Shown here one piece after another: positions 58,370-64,000 of a stretch of DNA of 64,000 nt (positions are counted from its first letter, which is position 1; each line of letters opens with the position of its first letter). The notes under the pieces were generated by a model. That model was given only the letters and a program-made list of their open reading frames with translations. It was not told where the DNA came from and did not search any database. Position numbers and translations under genes: made by a program. The stretch is from NCBI GenBank assembly GCA_963816185.1, contig CAWFJJ010000028.1, positions 352,001 to 416,000 of the forward strand, in the 5' to 3' direction. The stretch is from Thermoanaerobaculia bacterium. Lineage in GTDB: Bacteria > Acidobacteriota > Thermoanaerobaculia > UBA5066.

Positions 58370-58593
58370 ATGCGGCGGCTGCTGATGCAGCCGCCGAATA
58401 CTTGAAATCTGCTTCCCGAATGGCCGATGTCAAGGGCGCGCTTCGCGCGCCGCGGAGCGGTCGCGGACCCTTGACATCGGTCATTCGGGGAATACGGCCT
58501 CTCTGCAAAATCTCTTCTCTTCCTCCTTTCCTTTCTTCCACTTCTAAGAAAATCCTCTTCTTCTCTTCTTCTTTGTCTTTCAAAGAATTCCCC
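58314..58593. repeat. Composite palindromic repeat copy 4: degenerate A', A (58373-58396), B (58415-58489), pyrimidine tract C (58500-58593)
   Basis: Same A and B sequences as copy 1; C contains TTCTAAGAAAATC and TTCAAAGAATTC. Confidence 0.92.
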
Positions 58594-58594
58594 T

Positions 58595-59392
58595 TCACTG
58601 GAATTTCAGATGCACGCCGAGCGACTCGTTCCGGTAATCCGGCGGGAGCGGCGGGAGCGGGTTCGCGGCGTAGACGGCGCGCGCCGCGGCGCGGTCGTAG
58701 TAGCTCACGCCGGAGGACGAGTCGATCTTGACGTCCGTCACCTGTCCGGAGCGCAGGATGCGGAACGAGATGACGCAGCTCGTGCCTTCGGCCGACTCCG
58801 GCTTGAACCAGTTCGCGCCGATGAGCGAGAGGAGCTGCTCCACGTAGTACGAGAAGGGGAAGTCGGCGTCGAACGAGGTGACGGATGCCCCGAAGGAGAC
58901 ACCCTCGCCCGAGGTGCTGCCGTTCGCGGCGCCCGCGGCGCTCGGGAGCTCGAGAGCGGGCCCGCCGGGCTTCGCGGCGCCCGGAGCGGGCTTCGGTTTC
59001 TCGGGCTTCGCGTGCTTCTTCGGCTCGGGCATCGCTTTCGCGGAGGGCTGGACTTTTTCCGTGGGCTTCTCGATGACGGGCTTTGCCTTCGGCGCCGGCG
59101 CCGGCTCAGCGGGCGCCGCCACGGGGGCGGGAGCGGGCGGGGCCTGGGGCCGGCCGAGGGAGGCCGGGCTCACGACACGGACGGGCAGGGACATCGGGAC
59201 GAAGACCGGCGCCTTGCGCGGCTTGCCGATGAGGAGAACGAGCGCGAGGAAGGCCGCGTGGCCGAGGATCGAGACGGCGACCGTCAGGGACCGCGGGGGA
59301 AGGCCGGTGTGCGATCGCCGCGCGAGGATGTCCGAGACGGTGGGCGCGGGAAGAGCCTCCGCGCGCGCGGTCACCGTGCTCATCGCCGTCAT
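58595..59392 (-). CDS. tolA: TolA/TonB family energy transducer
   Basis: TM helix with SxxxH (SILGH), Pro/Lys-rich linker, C-terminal SSG..YD.AA.RAV..ANPLPPLP. Confidence 0.85.
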   Translation of the reverse strand: MTAMSTVTARAEALPAPTVSDILARRSHTGLPPRSLTVAVSILGHAAFLALVLLIGKPRKAPVFVPMSLPVRVVSPASLGRPQAPPAPAPVAAPAEPAPAPKAKPVIEKPTEKVQPSAKAMPEPKKHAKPEKPKPAPGAAKPGGPALELPSAAGAANGSTSGEGVSFGASVTSFDADFPFSYYVEQLLSLIGANWFKPESAEGTSCVISFRILRSGQVTDVKIDSSSGVSYYDRAAARAVYAANPLPPLPPDYRNESLGVHLKFQ

Positions 59393-59811
59393 CGACCGCC
59401 CTCGCTCCGGAGCTCGGTCACCATTCCCAGGCTCTCGACACCGAGCCGGTTCAGCGTGTCCATGGTCTCGACGACGACGCCGTACGCGAGGTTGCGGTCG
59501 GCCTTCAGGTAGACGGCCTTGTCGCGGCGGCGCGAGAGGATGAGCTTCAGCCGGTCCCGGAGCTGGCTCTTCGGAATCGGCGTCTCGTTCAGATAGTAGT
59601 TCCCGTTCTTCGTGATGGAGAGGATGAGCGGGTCCTCGGGCGTCTTTGGAAGGTTCTGCGCCACGGACTTCGGGAGCTGGACCTCGACGCCCTGATGAAG
59701 GAGCGGTGCCGTGACCATGAAGATGACGAGGAGCACGAGCATGACGTCCACGAGAGGCGTGACGTTGATATCCGAGAAGGCGTTCGCATCGTCGTCGAGC
59801 TTGAAAGCCAT
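59389..59811 (-). CDS. tolR: TolR/ExbD
   Basis: INVTPLVDVMLVLLVIFMVTAP, LKAD...YG.VV. Confidence 0.92.
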   Translation of the reverse strand: MAFKLDDDANAFSDINVTPLVDVMLVLLVIFMVTAPLLHQGVEVQLPKSVAQNLPKTPEDPLILSITKNGNYYLNETPIPKSQLRDRLKLILSRRRDKAVYLKADRNLAYGVVVETMDTLNRLGVESLGMVTELRSEGGR

Positions 59812-59825
59812 GGGACAGTCCTGCC

Positions 59826-60522
59826 CTAGGTGAAGTGGCGCTCGGCCAGGTTCATGAACTCGAGCTCGAAGTCGCGCATCTCGGCGCGCGCCGCGCGCAT
59901 CTTCCCGCTGAAGTTGTTGTACGCGATGAGCGCGGGCACCGCGGCGACGAGGCCGGCCGCGGTGTTGATGAGGGCCTCCGCGATGCCCGGCGCCACGACG
60001 ACGATCGACGTCGAGCCCTTCTGGGCGATCTGCTGGAACGCGATCATGATGCCCATGACCGTTCCGAAGAGGCCGATGAAAACCGTGGCCGAGGCGGTCG
60101 TGGCGAGGAACGACATCCCGCGCCCGAGGCGCGTCGTCTCGACGCCTGCCGCGCGCTCGAGCGCGCGCTCGATGGAGGCGAGGCTCTTCACGAAGAGGCG
60201 TCCGGTGTCGGCCGGCGCCACTTCGCGGCCGTCCTTCACCTGCTGGTCCAGCTCGGCGTAACCCGCGCGGAAGATGCCGACGAGCGGGCTCGACTCGCAC
60301 TTGTCGCAGACTGCCGAGAACGTCGGCGAATTTGCGGCTCTTGCGGAAGTGGTTCAGGAACGCGCGCGAGTCGGACGCGGCGCGTGAGAAACTCCACAGC
60401 CGGCCGATGATGATTGCCCACGACACCAGGGAGAAAAAAGCGAGCACGATCAGGACGGCCTTCGCCGTCGGTCCCGCCGAAAGGAAGAGCTGGGCGATGT
60501 TCGAGCCGCCGGTTTCCGTCAT
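59826..60522 (-). CDS. tolQ: TolQ/ExbB proton channel; frameshift near 60310
   Basis: N-terminus FSLVSWAII is in one frame; FIGLFGTVMGIM and VAPGIAEAL..TAAGL..AVPA are in the next. Confidence 0.88.
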
Positions 60523-60610
60523 CGTTTCAGTTGACTCCCTCTCGGGATGTGTTCCGCGACGGACCCGTCTCGGGCCGTCTCGTCAAGGTAGCACGGAGTC
60601 TTCAAGCGGG

Positions 60611-62458
60611 TCAAAGCGGCGGAAGGTTCTCGCGGCTGTCGTCGCGGCTCTCGCCCTGAGTCTGGCGGGGCCAGCACGAACGGCTCCTCTTCCGGCCGAC
60701 GTCCTGCCGCTCGCCGCCGTCAAGGCGGGGATGAAAGGTTACGGCCTGACCGTTCTTCACGGCTCGACCGTGGAGCGGTTCGATGTGGAGGTGCTCGGCG
60801 TCGTGCCGAACGCTCTCGGGCGGTCGCAGATCGTCGTGCGCGTCTCCGGGCTCGGCCTCGAGAAGACCGGCATCCTCGCGGGGATGAGCGGCAGCCCCGT
60901 CTATCTCGAGGGCCGCCTCGCGGGAGCGATCGCGGCCACGTGGGGATTCTCGAAGGAGCCCATCGGAGCGGTCACTCCGATCGAATCGATGCTGGCGATC
61001 GACAGCGGCGATCCGGCGGCCGGAGCGGAAAGGACCGCACGACCAGCCTCCGGCGACGGCTTCTCCGCGTTCGCCCAGACGCTCGCGCTTCCCGAGGAGC
61101 AGCGCCTCGCGGCTCTTCAGAAGATCCTGGATGCGCGCTCCGGCCTGCCGGCACGCGCGCAAACCTCGCTGCTTGCGCCCGTGACCGCCGGATTCCCGGC
61201 CGCCGTTCTCGGGCGATGGGGCGGGGACCTCGCTCGTCTCGGAATTCCGGTTTCGCTCGCCTTGGACGATTCCCCGGCGCTCCCCGGCACCGCTCTTCAG
61301 GTGGCCGAGCGGGCGAGCCCGGCGGCGCCGATCGCCCCGGGGTCCGCGGTGACGGCGCTTCTCATCGACGGCGACCTGCAGCTCGGCGCGACGGGCACCG
61401 TGACGCGCGTGGACGGCCAGGGTCGCTTCCTGGCTTTCGGTCATCCGTTCCTCGGCGTGGGAATGATCGAGCTACCGGTCGCTCCGGCCGAGGTCGTCGC
61501 CGTCTTCCCGAGCGCGATGCTTTCGTTCAAGATGGCGTACGCCCTGGCGCCGGCCTATCGCCTCACGCGTGACCGCGACAGCGGCGTGGCGGGGCGCACG
61601 GACCGCGCGGCCGCCCTTGTGCCGGTGCACTTCCGGCTCGAGTCCGAGGGAAGGCCCGCGCGCACCCTGTCGTGGGGCGTGGCGAAGGAAGCGGCCCTCT
61701 TCCCGGCCCTCGTCGGGATCTCGATGGATGCTGCCTTCACGACGCTCGACCCGACGCCGGTCGACCGCACCCTGCGCCTTCGCGTTTCCGTCGGCACGAA
61801 GGCCGGGCCGTTCGTCTACGCGGACCAGATGACGGGTCCGCGGGCGAAAGAGCTCGCGCTCCTGACCACGAACGTCCTCACCGGCCTCGTCGCCCAGAAC
61901 GACTTCGAAGACCCACGCATCTCCGGAGTGGACATCTCGATCGTGAGCGCGCCGGGCGAGAAGCGCCTGCACGTCGTGGGGGCGGCGCTCTCGGCGCGCA
62001 AGGTGGCGCCCGGACAGACGGTTCGCGCCACGGTGCGTCTCGAGGACCGCCGCGGGGCGGAAGAGACGCGCGTCCTTTCGCTCACCGTTCCCAGGGAGAC
62101 CCCGGAGGGCCGCGCGGCCGTCATCGTGGGCGACGGCAACGCCGCCTCGGCCGCGCGCCTCGCCGCGCAGCCTGCCGAGCCACGCACGCTCTCGGGCCTC
62201 CGCGCCGCGCTCGAAAGGCTCGTGCCCGCGGATCGGCTTGCGGCGCTCCTCGTCGTCCCCGCGCGGGGCGCGACCACGGGAGACGACACCCTGAGCGCCC
62301 TGCCTCCTTCTTTCGCGATGATTCTCTCCGAAGGGGGAGATGCGACCGCGCACGCGTCGGTCCCGATTCGCATCCTCGCCGAAGAGTTCGTCACCCTCGA
62401 CCGGCCGGCGTTCGGCTCGGTGCGCCTCGAGCTCGAGGTAGAAAGGCCCCGCTCCTGA
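60611..62458 (+). CDS. SpoIVB peptidase S55 domain protein (secreted); start codon not resolved
   Basis: Signal-like KRRKVLAAVVAALAL, GMKGYGLTV, GILAGMSGSPVY, GTVT...LAFGHPF. Confidence 0.85.
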   Translation, partial: SKRRKVLAAVVAALALSLAGPARTAPLPADVLPLAAVKAGMKGYGLTVLHGSTVERFDVEVLGVVPNALGRSQIVVRVSGLGLEKTGILAGMSGSPVYLEGRLAGAIAATWGFSKEPIGAVTPIESMLAIDSGDPAAGAERTARPASGDGFSAFAQTLALPEEQRLAALQKILDARSGLPARAQTSLLAPVTAGFPAAVLGRWGGDLARLGIPVSLALDDSPALPGTALQVAERASPAAPIAPGSAVTALLIDGDLQLGATGTVTRVDGQGRFLAFGHPFLGVGMIELPVAPAEVVAVFPSAMLSFKMAYALAPAYRLTRDRDSGVAGRTDRAAALVPVHFRLESEGRPARTLSWGVAKEAALFPALVGISMDAAFTTLDPTPVDRTLRLRVSVGTKAGPFVYADQMTGPRAKELALLTTNVLTGLVAQNDFEDPRISGVDISIVSAPGEKRLHVVGAALSARKVAPGQTVRATVRLEDRRGAEETRVLSLTVPRETPEGRAAVIVGDGNAASAARLAAQPAEPRTLSGLRAALERLVPADRLAALLVVPARGATTGDDTLSALPPSFAMILSEGGDATAHASVPIRILAEEFVTLDRPAFGSVRLELEVERPRS

Positions 62459-64000
62459 ATGCGACTCTCCCGCCGGACTCCCGCCGCCGTCCTCGCCGCT
62501 GCATTTCTAGCCGCGTCCCCGCTCCGGGCCGGGACGCCCCGCATCGCCGTCACGGCCGGCGCTCGCGACTTTCTCGCGGGCGAGGCGAAGGGCGTCGCCG
62601 TCTCCGCGGACGGCAGGCTCATGCTCGGGGCGGCGCTCGCGGCGCGCGATTGGCCGGACGACGCGAACGACGCGGCCATCTTCGCGGCGGCCGCCGACTC
62701 GTCCGGCCGCGTGTTCCTGGCCACGGGCGGGGGCCTCGGCCGGCTTTTCGTCTCGAGCGACGAGAAGGTGAGGCTGCTCTTCACCGCGCCCGAGCCGAAC
62801 ATCACGGCGGTCGCGGTCGCTCCGGACGGCGCGGTCGTCTGCGCGTCGTCTCCGAACGGAAAGATCTATCGGGTCGACCCGAAGGCCGCCGATCCGGCGA
62901 AGGCCGGCACCGTACTCGCCGAGCCGAAAGAGGCGGCGATCTGGGCTCTCGCATTCGCGAAGGATGGAACGCTCTACGCGGGGACCGGGAACAAGGGCCG
63001 CGTTTATCGCAAGACGCCCTCAGGGGCCCTCGAGCTCTTCCACGAAATCGAGGACGTGCACGTGAGGGCGCTCGCCGTGGGTCCGGACGGCACCGTGTAC
63101 GCGGGGACGTCAGACCGGGGTCTCGTGGTCGCGCTGCCCGCACACGGCAATCCGCGCACGCTGTACGATTTTTCGCGCCCGGAGGTCTCGGCTCTCGCCG
63201 TGGATGCCCGCGGCGTCGTCTACGCGGCCGCATCGCAGGTCGACGCCTCGACGGGCAGGCCGGCGCCGGTCGGGCCGGGCCTTCGGCCCACCCCCACTCC
63301 GACACCGCACCCCTCCGAACACGCCGAGGAGGCTCCGCGCGGTTCGGTCTCCGTGTCCGCCTCGACGTCTCCGGCGCGGCCCGTCGTCGAACCTCGTTCC
63401 ACGAGCAGCTCGGAGCTCGTCGTCATCCAGCCCGACGGCTTCGTCGAGCCCGGCTGGCTCTTTCCCGAGGAGGCGATTTTTGGTCTGCGTCTCGAGGCGG
63501 ACGGAGCGCTTCTCGCCGCGACGGGCCCGCGCGGCCGCGTCTACGAGTGGAAGGACCGCCAGGTGCGCCTCGTGGCCTCCACCGGTGAGAAGCTCGCGCT
63601 CGCGATCCCCGCGGCCGGGCGCGGCTTCGCCGTCGTGACGATGGGATCGGCGGGAATCCTGCGGCCGTCTCACCCGGGCAGTCCCGCCACCGGGACGTTC
63701 ACGTCCGCCGTCAAGGATGGCCTGCGCCTGTCGACGTTCGGACGCCTGAGATACGAGGGAAGCGCGCCCCCGGGAGCGGCGCTCACCCTCTCGGTACGGA
63801 CGGGAAACTCGGACAAGCCCGATGGCACGTGGTCGGCCTGGATACGGGTCGGCCCGGACGGCGGCGCGAAGCCTCCCGTCGCGCGCTTCTTCCAATGGAG
63901 GGCCGAGCTGACCGCCTCGCCGAAGGGTGAATCTCCGGTCGTCGAGCGCGTGGACCTTTCGTACACCGAGCGCAACGCGCGGCCGGTGCTCGAGAACCTC
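62459..64000 (+). CDS. Secreted beta-propeller repeat protein, probable partner of the S55 protein; runs off the window
   Basis: ATG 62459 immediately follows the S55 stop: MRLSRRTPAAVLAAAFLAA..., with repeats IWALAF.KDGTLYAGTG, VRALAVGPDGTVYAGT, and later 'RTGNS..PD.TWS.W' and 'RFFQWRA'. Confidence 0.8.
   Translation, partial: MRLSRRTPAAVLAAAFLAASPLRAGTPRIAVTAGARDFLAGEAKGVAVSADGRLMLGAALAARDWPDDANDAAIFAAAADSSGRVFLATGGGLGRLFVSSDEKVRLLFTAPEPNITAVAVAPDGAVVCASSPNGKIYRVDPKAADPAKAGTVLAEPKEAAIWALAFAKDGTLYAGTGNKGRVYRKTPSGALELFHEIEDVHVRALAVGPDGTVYAGTSDRGLVVALPAHGNPRTLYDFSRPEVSALAVDARGVVYAAASQVDASTGRPAPVGPGLRPTPTPTPHPSEHAEEAPRGSVSVSASTSPARPVVEPRSTSSSELVVIQPDGFVEPGWLFPEEAIFGLRLEADGALLAATGPRGRVYEWKDRQVRLVASTGEKLALAIPAAGRGFAVVTMGSAGILRPSHPGSPATGTFTSAVKDGLRLSTFGRLRYEGSAPPGAALTLSVRTGNSDKPDGTWSAWIRVGPDGGAKPPVARFFQWRAELTASPKGESPVVERVDLSYTERNARPVLENL

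Noticed and set aside
44706-58593. Repeats as a CRISPR array, tRNA or rho-independent terminators
   Set aside because: They are dispersed rather than regularly spaced, there are no cas genes and no T/D-loop consensus, and they lie inside tightly coupled operons in both transcriptional orientations.
59389-60522. Apparent TolQ-TolR fusion ORF (377 aa)
   Set aside because: It arises from a single frameshift near 60310; the conserved TolQ C-terminus is in another frame and tolR has its own ATG at 59811.

Overview
This is a GC-rich, densely coding bacterial window. It is probably Acidobacteriota (Thermoanaerobaculia-like), inferred from the '[27 protein letters not shown]' Ser/Thr kinases, the Tol-Pal/LptE envelope genes and the SpoIVB-S55 plus beta-propeller pair. 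1-5.3 kb: a PEP-synthase-like/TIGR02186/TauE/histidine kinase cluster. 5.3-27.7 kb: an accessory acyl-CoA and lysine-acylation island with a Liv-type ABC transporter, FlK thioesterase, ADP-forming acyl-CoA ligase, a GNAT-HDAC fusion, two AcuB, AcuC, three tandem U32 Fe-S proteins, MarR, enoyl-CoA hydratase and Pat. 27.8-33.2 kb: two heavily frameshifted Ser/Thr kinases. 33-64 kb: mostly housekeeping (rluD-lgt-lspA-ileS, mtnP, ribH-nusB-leuS-lptE, rpsT, tolQRAB-pal-cpoB). The most striking unexplained signal is a modular palindromic repeat family: hairpin A, cruciform B and a purine/pyrimidine tract C with a TTCnnnGAA core. It sits at gene junctions and appears to be translated in frame as part of core proteins (MtnP, LptE, TolB, IleRS, LeuRS). 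Many genes have a TAnnnT -10 box 6-13 nt before the start codon, suggesting leaderless or short-leader mRNAs. Scattered single frameshifts look like long-read indel errors. I saw no tRNA, rRNA, CRISPR array or transposase. All product calls come from motif recognition by eye; no database search was run.
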